A DNA stretch of 64,000 bases from Podarcis gaigeae (Eukaryota): assembly GCA_964106915.2 (NCBI GenBank), contig OZ066916.1. One strand, given 5' to 3'. The first letter of the stretch is position 1. Each line of letters starts with the position of its first letter. Under the pieces are notes generated by a model. The model worked only from the letters and a program-made list of their open reading frames with translations, had not been told where the DNA came from and searched no databases. Position numbers and translations under genes: made by a program. Of the stretch, positions 13,600 through 26,100 are shown piece by piece.

Positions 13600-14110
13600 C
13601 CTTAATGTCCTAAATTCCAGAATCTCTCCCTCCCACCCGCCTCTCTCGCCTTTCCTCCAGGAAGACCTGGCCGCGTGAGCAAAACAAGCTCTCTTTTAGC
13701 CTGCCCAGCGTCTCCTTCAGGCGGGCGCCCTGTGTTCCCGGTCACCCAATTGACACAGCTTCCCGCGGCCTGACCGCCCCCCAACCAATAGGAACACAAC
13801 ATCATTTCAACCCCGAAAGTCTGAGCCAATCAGAAGCGCCGATGTTAGAACGCGTTATTCAAGATGGCAGCGCCCATGAACTCGTTCGCAAACTACCGGT
13901 AACAGGAGCTACTAATACGGGTGAAGTTTCGCGAGGTCACTAGATTATTTTTATTCCGGATCGGTAGAGAAAATGCTGCGAGCTTCGCTTCGAGAGGTGA
14001 GGCGACGCTGGGATTGGCTGCTTCCCCCCACCCCCCGCACCGCTGCCGTGGACGGAGGAAGCTATTCGCCCCTCTCTTCCCAGGCTTCATCTTCCTACTC
14101 GATTCTCTCT
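13600..14110. promoter_or_regulatory. CpG-rich bidirectional promoter of RTN4IP1/QRSL1
   Basis: Main non-repeat CpG-dense segment in the window, between divergent ATGs 767 bp apart; CCAAT at 13746, 13785, 13826; YY1-like CAAGATGGCAGC at 13860; TTTCGCGAG at 13927; GC box near 13720. Confidence 0.85.
13973..13996 (+). CDS. QRSL1: QRSL1 coding exon 1 (MLRASLRE)
   Basis: AAAATGC start, GAG|GTGAG donor, 24 nt; matches the vertebrate QRSL1 N-terminus pattern. Confidence 0.9.
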
Positions 14111-17100
14111 TTAGGCAGAGTTCCCTCTTAGCGGGTGGGCATTGCTTGCTTTTCGACAGCAATTCGGTTCCTGCTGCAGGAAAGACAGTCAACCCACGAA
14201 GCGCTTCCATTTATTGCATTTTTATGCTATGGAAAGCTTCACCTGTCGGATTTCTGCCTGCTGCGTACATGAAACATCAGCAAAACGTGATTAAAAGCAA
14301 GGCAATCATGAATGTGATTTTGTTTATATACCAAGGTCAGTTCGCAGGTGGAAATTCAAGTGACAGATATTTCCAGCCCTGAAACAGTTAATAATGCCTG
14401 CTAAAAGAGAGCTGTTTTGTCCAGTTTTCCATAAGTGAATCCTACATTCCACCACCTCCAGTCCTACGGCAGCGATGGGGCAGGGGCACTCTAGCAGAAT
14501 TTCCCTGAGAAATCTCTACAGAAATAGCATGAATTTTCTGCCCAACAAAACTCAATCATTTGCATTTCAGGCTTTAAAAAAATCTTAATTTGACAATAAA
14601 GAACTTTTATTTACTGACTGTACAGTCTATTAAGCATATTTTCCTTTCCTTTTAATTTTATTTCTAGCTGCTGGTAAACATACATGTTCATAATTGTATT
14701 TTTAAAATACAATTATATTTTTTAAATTCCAAGCATGTCAAAACAATAACAGCACACATTGGTTACCTATATACGATCAGTGCAACTCAATGCACACTTA
14801 GAAGAAATAAGGCCACGCAGTGGGGCACTTTTCAGTATACATGTATAGATAGGATTGCACTGTTCAAATATACATAATTTCTTTCTGATATTTTTTAAAA
14901 AATTAGTGAACTTAACACCAGTGTATTGATAGTGTACCACCCTTGGCAAATATAGAGGTATCTAGTAACAACAAGCTACCCCACATGCTAGCCTGTTTGG
15001 CTGCTATGTGGGTTGCTATGCAAGACCTTCTAATCAACTGTAATCACAAAACCAGAATTTGCCTGTCTGTAATTGATTCCCACCCAAAACTACTGGCAAT
15101 GTGGAAGAACCCTAATTGAGGAGATTGTGCATGACACCTCCAGGCTGGTATAGGTAAAGAGCCTAAACCTGGGGACTTGCAAAGGAACAGAAAGCATTTG
15201 GAATCACTGCCAGAGGAAACACAACCAGTGGTAGATCTTTCCATGGGCAGAGCTGGGGAGCGCTGTGGTGGATGTAGGCCCACTATTGGGCAGGGTGACT
15301 AACTCTTTGTTCAGGTATCTGATTTGTTCCTTGCCTTTTTGGCCCCCAAGATCTGGGACCAATTTTGGTGATGGCAAAAATAAAATTAAAAATAAAGTAG
15401 ACTAACTGCTGGGGTGGCTATAATGTAAAATATGAAGTGATTACCTAACAAAGCATCTACAGATAATAGTATTGAGAAATCATTTGTGACCTCATTACTC
15501 ACCTGTTTGGTAAACCAACTCCAATATTACTCCACATTTAGTTCACATCTTGAGGCCATTTTATACAATTGCACATTTTAATAGTTATATTTCACATAAT
15601 ATTCTTGTGTTATTGCTTGTTCAATCAAAGGTAGTGTAAGTACAGACAAAGTAGAGAAGTTGCTTTGAAAACCAAGTAGACATAGTTCTTTAAAGCTTAC
15701 TCTTGAAATTCTGCTAAAAATAGAAAATTTTGATGTTTCAGATATCTATAGCACTCAAGGAAGGCCAAGTGAGTCCAACAGAGCTGTGTCAGAAATGCCT
15801 CTCCTTAATAAAAGCTACCAGATTTCTTAATGCTTATATCACTGTAGCAGAAGACACAGCATTAAAACAGGCTGAGGCATCGGAGAAGAGATACAGGCAA
15901 GGTAATTTCTGCTGAACAATTGTTCTTCCTTAAAGTATGTTGGCTGTGATCCTTACACTTTCTGCCCAGAATATTTGTTTACTCGTATTGGGGCGGGGGG
16001 AATACTTCACTGTATTTCTGTGGTGTTAGTTAGGCCTTATTTGCACATTACATTAAACTATAGTTAAAATAAATTATGGTATAATATGAACAAGCATTCA
16101 GGGCTGCCCCACCCATGAGGCAAAGTGAGGTGACCACTTCAGGTGGCTGGATCCACAGGGGGAGTAGATCCTGATATATTTATTTCTCCCTTGTTCCTGA
16201 TATAGATTTCCACTTACCCCTTCTTCACGGGTGGAGATGGGGGTGGCCAGGTGCCAGAATGTCTTGGGCTGGCCCTGCTTGCACTGTTTCAGACCAGGTT
16301 TGGATCTAGCAGCTCTTGGGCCAGCTCAATCCCACCCGCTATCTGTCCTTGGAATGCCCATTAAAGCACTACTCAGGCCAGAGACCTACTTAGACTTGTA
16401 GGCAAAACAATAGCAGGCATTTCATTAAAAGTGCCCCAGGCAGAAAAAATGATGTTGGTGGGTCCTATGACTCTGAAACCTAGTACAGCATTTGGATTTC
16501 TGCATCCTCTGTCGTTAAAAAAGAAAAAAGTCTAGCCATTATGGTTAAAGAAAGTAGCTCATATCTTACCTCATTTACAAAATGCCTTTCTTGTTGTGAC
16601 GGGAGGGTTGCTGAAAATGTTGTAGAGCAAATTAGAACTGAGGGCAATTTCTAATGGTAAACCAAAAAGTGAGAATTGATGCACCCAATCCTACACTCTA
16701 TTGACCATAGCAGCAGTTCACTTTTCTGAAAACAAGACCCATAATGCATGTTATTTTGCTCTGGTATTGGCACTAATGCATTGGCATGTGAGGACAGCCC
16801 CACTGCTGCTTCTGTGCTCTGTGGCCAAGCTGCTCACATTCCTAAGTGCTACACCATAGCTGCAGCACTACTGACCTAGCACTATCCACAGTTGTGCTAG
16901 GGGGGAAGGGGTAGCAAGAACAAAAGGTTTAGGAGACTGAGAGACAACTGTGTGTTTTTTTTTCACACCTTTTCCAAATCTGCTGGCACAGCAGGTCTAG
17001 CAGTTCAGACAACATGTCAAAAATTATTTAGACCAACCTCAATCTTTAAATAAGGCTGTGTGCATGATGCACTGATTGAAATAATCTTCACACTGTAATC

Positions 17101-20100
17101 CGTAATATAGGTCAGATATTGGGGGATTTGGATGGAATTCCTTTTGCAGTGAAAGACAACTTCAGCACAACTGGAATCGAAACAACATGTGCATCCAAGA
17201 TGCTAAAAGGTAAAGTAGCATTTTTAAGATAAGCTGACAACTTTGAGCTCTGCTCCTCAATCTATTAAGGATATGGATAGGAGTACTGTGGTTCTGTCTT
17301 AAATGGATTCATTCTTTTGTAGATAACTATGAGTAGATGTATTGGATCAGAGGTTTTCAACCTTTTTGAGTCCACAGCTCCCTGGACCAACAACATTCTT
17401 TCTGCGGCACCCCTGTGGGGCTCAGAAGCCCAGTTATGTCACTCTTTACCTGCAGAGCTGGCAGCCTCTCGCCCCTTTTCAAACACCCTCCCTTGTGGAG
17501 TGTTCCCTCAAGCTCCTCTCCTCTCCCCTGTCCTTGGGAGTCCTCCAGGCAGCAGCCGCCACTGCCCCTGGTCTCTGAGCTACCAGGTGTAAACCTCTTC
17601 AGATACCAATGTTGCACAGACACCAAAACAAAGACTCTAATCTTCAAGTCCACAGGCACTGACTAGTTCCACTGATTTCATTGATTCACTTGAATATTTT
17701 TAGAGCCTTGGTACCTCCCTGTCTTCACTTTGAAACTTGGGTAGTCTCAATAACAGTTTGCAGTTTAGTAAAGAGGTATGATGAATTCATAGAATCATAG
17801 AGTTGGAAGAGACCACAAGGGCCATCGAGTCCAACCCCCTGCCAAGCAGGAAACACCATCAGAGCACTCCTGACATATGGTTGTCAAGCCTCTGCTTAAA
17901 GACCTCCAAAGAAGGAGACTCCACCACACTCCTTGGCAGCAAATTCCACTGTCGAACAGCTCTTACTGTCAGGAAGTTCTTCCTAATGTTTAGGTGGAAT
18001 CTTCTTTCTTGTAGTTTGGATCCATTGCTCCGTGTCCGCTTCTCTGGAGCGGCAGAAAACAACCTTTCTCCCTCCTCTATGTTACATCCTTTTATATATT
18101 TGAACATGGCTATCATATCACCCCTTAACCTCCTCTTCTCCAGGCTAAACATGCCCAGCTCCCTTAGCCGTTCCTCATAAGTCATAGTTTCCAGGCCTTT
18201 GACCATTTTTGGTTGCCCTCCTCTGGACACGTTCCAGTTTGTCAGTGTCCTTCTTGAACTGTGGTGCCCAGAACTGGACACAGTACTCCAGATGAGGTCT
18301 GACTAGAGCAGAATACAGTGGCACTATTACTTCCCTTGATCTAGATGCTATACTCCTATTGATGCAGCCCAGAATTGCATTGGCTTTTTTAGCTGCCGCG
18401 TCACACTGTTGGCTCATGTCAAGTTTGTGGTAAACCAAGACTCCTAGATCCTTTTCACATTGAAAATGGGCAGAAAAATGCTGGCACAGTACATGTCTTA
18501 TTACTTGCTGGTTATCTTACTGGATTATTGCCAATATGTATGAAACCCTAAATTCTTCTACTATTAGTAGAGCACATCATTGTATAGGCTTTGAAAGGGG
18601 TACTAGAACCCTTCTGTATTATTAGTTGGGCAGCAGAACTCAGTATTTGTGGAACAAGTAATAAAGAGAGGGGAGATGTCAAGGTTGCCAAGACACGCTG
18701 CAGTTTTGAGAAGAGAATCTTCTCTCAGGCAACTATGATAGCAAACATCTAATCTTATTGAGGTAGTTTCCTGAAACAAGTTAAAAGTGCACCCCCATAA
18801 TACAAAACAATGAAATACCTGTGGTAGTCATATTCTCAGTAGGAATCCATGTAAACGGGGACTAATGGTAATATACATGGCATACTCATTAAAAAAACCA
18901 ACCTCACTAATATAAAACAATTCATCCAATCCAGTCTTTGTTTTTCAGGTTATATCCCCCCTTACAATGCAACTGTAGTTCAAAAATTGCTGGATCAAGG
19001 AGCTGTGCTTCTTGGAAAAACAAACTTAGATGAATTTGCCATGGGGTAAGCCAAGTTAAATATTTTTATGCTGTTGGGTGCCTGATGTGTTGCTTCACTT
19101 CTGTTTAACTACAGATGCAAGACTGCCTATCTTGATGCTTGGCTGAGAACATCATGTGGTGCTAAAGCTCTGGCTGCTCAGTTTTCCTCCTGCTTCTGAG
19201 ATTTTAGCAGACATTGGCCACATGGTTTCAAGCCTATCTTTGCAACCATATAAATTGGGTCACATGCTTCAGAGATGAAATTTATTACACCCTGCAAATA
19301 CATAGAAACATGGAAAATTGCCTTATACCAGGTCAGGCCATTGGTTCATCTAACTCAATATTTTCACACCAGTCTTCCCTTAACAGACACCCTCTAGATT
19401 CTTTGGACTACAGCTCCCATCATTCCTGATCATTGGTCATGCTGGCTGAGGCTGATGGGAGATGATGTTCCAAAACCTCTGGTGGGTAGCAGACTGGAGA
19501 AGGTTGGCCTATACTGACAGGTGGCAGCTCTCCAACTTTTCAAACAGAGATTTCCCAATGGGGTGAAACTTTCCAGAGTCTATAGGAGAGCTTCAGGTTG
19601 TTCACCCTGTGTGAACCAATCAAATTTAGGAGTGTCAACCGATTTATTTTTTGGTTCTGTTTCAGAGCAAAGGATTTCATATGTACTTGGAAAGAGAGAC
19701 AAAAAAGTTGTTAAATCTGTAGCTGAATTGATAAGCTTCAGGGGGCGTTCAACTAAGTTTTACTCAGAGTAGAGCCATTAAAACAATGGACCTAGCTTTT
19801 TTTGGGAGGGGTATTGGGTTGTTGTTTTCATTTTTATTATTTGTTTTTATTTTTATTATTTTTTTATTATGATTTTCTCATCTTAGCTCTGGAAGTACAG
19901 ATGGGGCATTTGGACCGGTTAGAAACCCCTGGAGTTACTCACGACAGTACAGAGAAAAGTGTGTGCAGAAACCCAGTGCTCAAAATGAAGACACCAGCTG
20001 GTTGATAACAGGAGGAAGCTCTGGAGGCAGTGCTGCTGCCGTATCGTCTTTCACATGCTTCACGTAAGAGGCTTTTTTAGAACAGCTTAATTAAAAGCAT

Positions 20101-23100
20101 CATAATGCAACTTCATAATATTTGCTGAGTGCCAACAAGGGCCTAAGTGCTGTTCATACCCAAGGGCCTAGGAGCAACCTGGTCCCTGATTAGATCCCTT
20201 ACTGTCAAATCTATATAGATAAGGCAGGACTTGGTAGAGGAGTACTGAGGACAGTGTAAAGTCCCCTTTTATGTCCAAAAGGTTGACTTAAGCCATGTCA
20301 TTCTAGACAAATTTCCATCCTCTCAGTGTGGGCATTTCGTATTGCTTGGAAAGGATTTATTGTGGCAATAAAGAAGAAAGGATGTTGCCAATATCCTCTG
20401 AACCTCCTCTCTTTGACAAGTGTTGTTTCCAGCAACTCAGGCACACAAAAAAAGGAGAAGGAATTTCGATTCAATGAAATCTACAGCATCTCCTCCCTTA
20501 CAATAAAACACCTTTTCATCCCAGGCTTTTGTGTTGACATCACTGTGGGCTAATAATTCATATAGAGTAGGATTTTCAGACTAACATTCTTCCGATCCTC
20601 GGTTTATTCTACATTTCATAGCTGTGCTGATACCAGTGCTTTATGTTTCTTTCTGTTTTGTGAAGAAATATAGTTTCGAAAAAGTTTAAAACGCAAGCCA
20701 GCTTTGAAGTCCTATTTGTCTTCATGAGAAAAATCTAAGTGGATTTTTAACTCTCCAATTTTCATAGAAGCATAGAAGAGTTTTGAAGGGACCATGAGGG
20801 ATCTTTCTCCCAATGTGGGGCTCAAACCCACGACCCTGAGATTAAGAGTCTCATGCTCTACTGACTAGGCTATCCCTCAGGGTGAAAGAATAGTTTTTCA
20901 GATTGCTTAATTTTAGCTGAATAGAGCCACTCTGTGTTTATTCTAAAAGGTAGAGTGTTTATTTGAATAATAATATTTTAATATTTAATTCAGAAATTTA
21001 TGCAACAATACACTTTTTAGTCAGGAAAATGTCTTTCTAAGCCTTGTTGCTATATATCCGTGGTTCCCAACGTGGGGCAATTTGATTTTTAAGGGGGGCA
21101 ATTCGAGAATGAGTGAATGGTCTTTTAGGCTTCCCTTTTTGAATAATAAGAATATATGGGGGGGGCACGGGGAGCATCAGGATTTTAGAGATGCTTAGGT
21201 GGGGCATGGCCAAAAAAAGGTTGGTAACCACTGCTATATATTTATAGCTCACTCTTCTTTCAAGGAAGTCAGCACCATAAGACTCCCAAGTGATCTCCCA
21301 TCAAGGTGCTTCTGAGAACTAAATCCCCTTGAGCCATATAACGTACCTTCAGATGACTTTGGTCTGCTCCTGATCTGGAAATGGTCTCTGTACTTAGACT
21401 GCATGAGAGAGGAAAGTCTGCTGAAACTCCATGAAGGAACACAATGCAAAAACTGCACCCTTTGAATTTCTTCCTGGCAAGCATATATTCCAGATAAAAC
21501 ACAGCCCTTTCAGACGAGGCACTTCACAGGCTGGCAGCAGTAATAGTAATCTGTATGTTGCTCTTAGACCAAGCAGTTTACGTATTGTGGTTAATTGCAT
21601 GTGCATTTCTTCATTGGAAAAGTGTTAGAAGTGATTGGTAGGTCATGATGCCTTGTTTCTGTAAAAAACAAAGACAGCCTGGGGAAGACATGCAATGGCT
21701 TCCCGGATTCCCATAGGCATCTGCTTGGCCCCTGTGAGAACAGGATGGTAGACTGGATGGGCCTTTGGTCTGATCCAACCAGGCTCTTATGTTCTTGCAG
21801 AGCAAATTGGGATGTGATGTCCTGACTGCCGTTATTATTATTTTTTTCAACCATAGGGCTCTGGGATCTGATACAGGAGGATCCACCAGAAACCCAGCTT
21901 CTCATTGTGGAGTGGTTGGCTTGAAGCCAACGTATGGCCTGGTTTCCCGTCACGGTCTTATTCCGCTGGTGAACTCTATGGATGTGCCGGGCATCTTTGC
22001 CAGATGTGTGGACGATGCAGCCACCGTGTTGGGTATAATGATTACACCTGTCTCCCTAGGGAATTCTGTCAAAGCTAGTTTGGCTCAAGGATTCTCTTTT
22101 CTTTCCTGTAGCTCATGAGTCTTTCTGCTTTGTTTCAGGGGCACTCAGTGGCCATGATCCAAAAGATTCAACCACCGTGCAGGACCCCGTCCACCCATTT
22201 CCGCTGCCCAATTTGACAGATGTGAAGGATGTTTGCATAGGCATACCAAAGGTAACTGGTATGTAAATAGCCACTTGGAGGGGGGAAATAAACACCAAAA
22301 TTAAATGTTAGTGAATTCCTATTGCCTATGACTGACATAGGTCATTAAAACATTTCTCTTTAACCAGGCCTTTGGCTGGTTAACATTGGTTTTCCTCTTA
22401 AATGTGTTTGTGGGAGTGGGGTTGGTTACTGGTTTGTTTTGGATCTTGTTCTTGGTTTTGCGATAATTTTTTATTGGAACTTTTCAACATACAATAAAAA
22501 ACAAACTAATCTAATTAAAAATAAAAAACAAAACGAGAAAAAGGGGGAAGCATAATGTTTTCATTGTGTATTTTGTGTTCTCATTTTTTATTTTTATATT
22601 GTGAACCGCCCAGCGATTTTCAGATGAAAGGCAGTATAAAAATTTAAATAATAATAATAATAAGTCAATCTGCAGAACACAATCAGTGTTGAAGAACAAT
22701 GGTACTGTATGTCTTATTCGACATTCATTAATCAGAATGAAAATATGCTTTAGGAAACGCTCTCTTTGGGCTTCCTCAGAACTGTCAGGAACAAGAAGTA
22801 CTCACTGAATGCCTGTCACACATACACTTTGAAAGAATCATTATATTTAATTATTCAACCAAAGTCTTCAAGGTGTTCTTCTAAGTTGACATGTGCACTC
22901 GCATTTCGAGATGCTTGAGGAATTTGGAGGATGTGAATTCCAAAAGTGGACTCCCCTGAGCTGCTAGTGTAAAGACTGGAACTAGGACTAATGTAAGGAC
23001 TGGAACATTCACTTCAGAATCGACACTCGCCCAATTCCACGGGGCAGGCTGAGTGTTGGAAAAATAGGCACAGACAACCAGGAACAGCTAGGAAGCATGG

Positions 23101-26100
23101 CTCCTGCCACACTTGTTGTAAATGGATATGCAAGTGCCCCTCCCTGAAAGCAATGATAGGAGTTGACATGCCACCCCCTTCAGAAAGATTATATTTTTTT
23201 AAAAGGCAGCTGCTCTTATGGGGGCAGCCTCCCTTGGGAGTAGGGAGGGAATGACACACCATTGCAGCTCATCACTCCCAAGGCAATTATGTATCCACCT
23301 TTAAAATAATATGTGAAGAGGGATTTTTGCCTTCTGAAGTTATTTGCACATGTTCCTCATTTTGGGTTATACACACGATTCCCCACCCTTTCCTTTGTGG
23401 ATGTCCTGTATTTTTCGCTCCATAAAACGCACCTGACTGTTAGACGCACCTAGTTTTTAGAAGGGGAATGCAATAAAAAAATATATATTTTTAAAGGGAG
23501 CGCTGAGCAGAGCCTGTATGCATCCCAGGCGCTGCTCAGCACTCCCTTGCACGAGCCGCGTGGAGCGTGTGTGGGGCGCTTGCAGGCTTTTCCCCAGGAG
23601 GGAGAAGAGCCCCCAAGAGCTGCACACAGGCTCCATGCAGCTAGTGAAAGGGATGCAGCCCTTGGGGGCTTTTGTGGGAGGTGGGGGAAGGGCCTGAGGG
23701 GCTGCCCTCTGTCCCTTCCCCCACCTTCCACAAAAGCCAGCAAGAGCCGTGCACCCTTTAAAGAGCGTGCAGCTTTTGCATGCTTTTCTATGAGGAGGCA
23801 GAAGGGACTGACCTGGCCAGTCAGTCCCTTCTCCTTCCTAAGGGAAAAGCCCCCAAGAGTGGCGCGCTCTTTAAAGGGTGTGTGGCTCCTGCGGGCTTTT
23901 CTACGAGGAGGGAGAAGGGACTGACACGGCCAGTCAGTCCCTTCTCCCTCCTGGGGAAAAGCTGGCAAGAGCCGCGTAGAGTGTGTGTGCGGCTCTTGGG
24001 GGCTTTTCCCGCCTGCAATCACTCCATAAGATGCACACACATTTCCCCTTACTTTTTAGGAGGGAAAAAGTGCATCTTATGGAGCAAAAAACAGGGTACT
24101 TTGATTCCCCCCCCCCCAGTGAGATGGTTTTTTTAGAGAACTAAATTCATAACATCCAGACCAAAACTCATAGTTGACCAATCTGACTTACTGCCAAAGA
24201 CTGCACTAAAAATAAGAGAAAAAGAACTACGCACACTCTGAAAGAAAGAAGTGTTGAATTACAATGTGATCTTTGCCATATCTGCTCAGAAATAGGTTCT
24301 GCGAAATTCAAAGAGGCTTCCTCTCAGGTAACGGGGTTAAGACTGCAGCCTTAATCACCACGGTGCAGCCTGCTTGTTAACTCATTGCCGGGAAATAGTG
24401 AAAACTTATAGCTCCTTCTGTTGAAAAAGAGCCTAGCTAAATCAAGGGGGAAAGCTGAAATGGCAAAGATTATTCACTATATACCAGCTGTTATTAGTAT
24501 TATAGATGGTAATATTTTTCACAGTTATTTAAAATGGTTACACCACTAAGAATGTTGTTCTGATTTGCAGAAACATTTTCACAATAGCCATTAATGGAAA
24601 CTGCTGGAACCAGGTCATCCCTGAATGCAGAACTGGGCCTTATTTGCAATCATTGCCCACCATTTAGTTTAATATGTCATGTTGTTACAAAATCTACCTC
24701 TATTATTTATATTAGCCTAAAGTCCTCCATCTGCACTGGGGCTTGTGGAAAGTCCTGTCAGGTCTTGGTCCTCCTTTTGCCAATGAGCTCCCCGTCAGTC
24801 ATTCTATCCTAGCTCATCATTTTGGTTCCCTGGGCTTTATGACTCAGCTCATTCCAGCCATTCCCAATTACCTTAGAAAGACAGGCTGGCCTCTGAAGCA
24901 AGCTGCAGTTTGGCACTGAATCTATAACTAAAACCAAACACATGCCATCCTAGCTGCCTGCTAAAGGAAGTATTCAATAATAATTTTTTTGAAAAGGACA
25001 AATTTTCACTTGGGAGTTTAACATGCTACAAATACTTGATAATTCTGGCTCAGCTAAGAACTGTGAAGATGCACATAAAGTTGTTGGTGCAGAGGGTTAT
25101 GCTTTTCACCCTCTCCCTTCTCTAGGAATACAACGTACCAGGATTGTCTAGTCAAACTCTGGCCGTGTGGTCCAAGGCAGCCGACCTCTTTGAGAAAGCT
25201 GGCGCCAAAGTGATTGATGTCAGACTCCCGCACACCTGTTACTCCATTGTCTGCTACCATGTGCTGTGTGCGGCAGAAGTAGCATCGAACATGGCCCGAT
25301 TTGATGGCCTGGAGTACGGTAAGGCTTCTTTCCAACAAGTGTCATGTAAATTAGATAAATTCATTGCCCTCAAAAGGTTATGCCCAAAAAGGCCTTACTA
25401 ACGAGAACAACTAGGGTATAATATTATAAATTATTCCTGTTCTTTAAGGCGCAGCCTATGAGCTGTGCAAGCCCTGCTGTCAGATTTGTTTCTAGTCTGC
25501 TTCTTCCAGTCATTATTGCTCCTGAACCTTTCTCTGTTGCTTACTGTGGCTGCAAGCCTTCACAGCACTGGCCTGCATCTTTCTATATGATCTACATAAT
25601 TTGTAGAATTGTAGTACACAACTGGAACACTAGCAGCTACTACAAACATCCAGTGTGCAAATCAGGTGGGAGTTTTTAATGTGGTGGAGAGGTGTTTTGT
25701 CTGTGTGTGAGAGAGAGGGAGATGAGGGGGTGGGACTAGTCCTCCCCACAGTATGATTGAGCAATGCCGGTCCACTTTATACATTTGCCATAACCCACTA
25801 ATGACTATACATTGATTTAATAAATCTAAACTAGAAATAAGTTCAATCCGAATGCATTTCGAATGGGAATGTGTTTCTGTGGTTAAAATCACACCTTTCA
25901 AAAGAGGAGTGTTTTTTTCTGCAAAAACATTACCTAGGACAATCACGTATGCTTTCCTCTGCTTTCCCCAACCCCTTCCTCTCCTCTCTTTGTCCATTCT
26001 GCCCAAACAGAGTAGTGAAACTTTCACCTTTGAAGGTAGGGGTTGGCTGACCCATGGCTAGGACTCACACACCCAGCAAGGTCAGGCAGCTGCCTATAGC

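Noticed and set aside
20805-20876. tRNA-Lys(CTT) gene (also 385-450)
   Set aside because: Acceptor and D/T arms are degenerate and the sequence continues into a CR1-like tail, so it is a SINE head
23450-24040. 196-aa ORF and overlapping ORFs
   Set aside because: Arise from the GC-rich repetitive MITE interior; no recognisable domain
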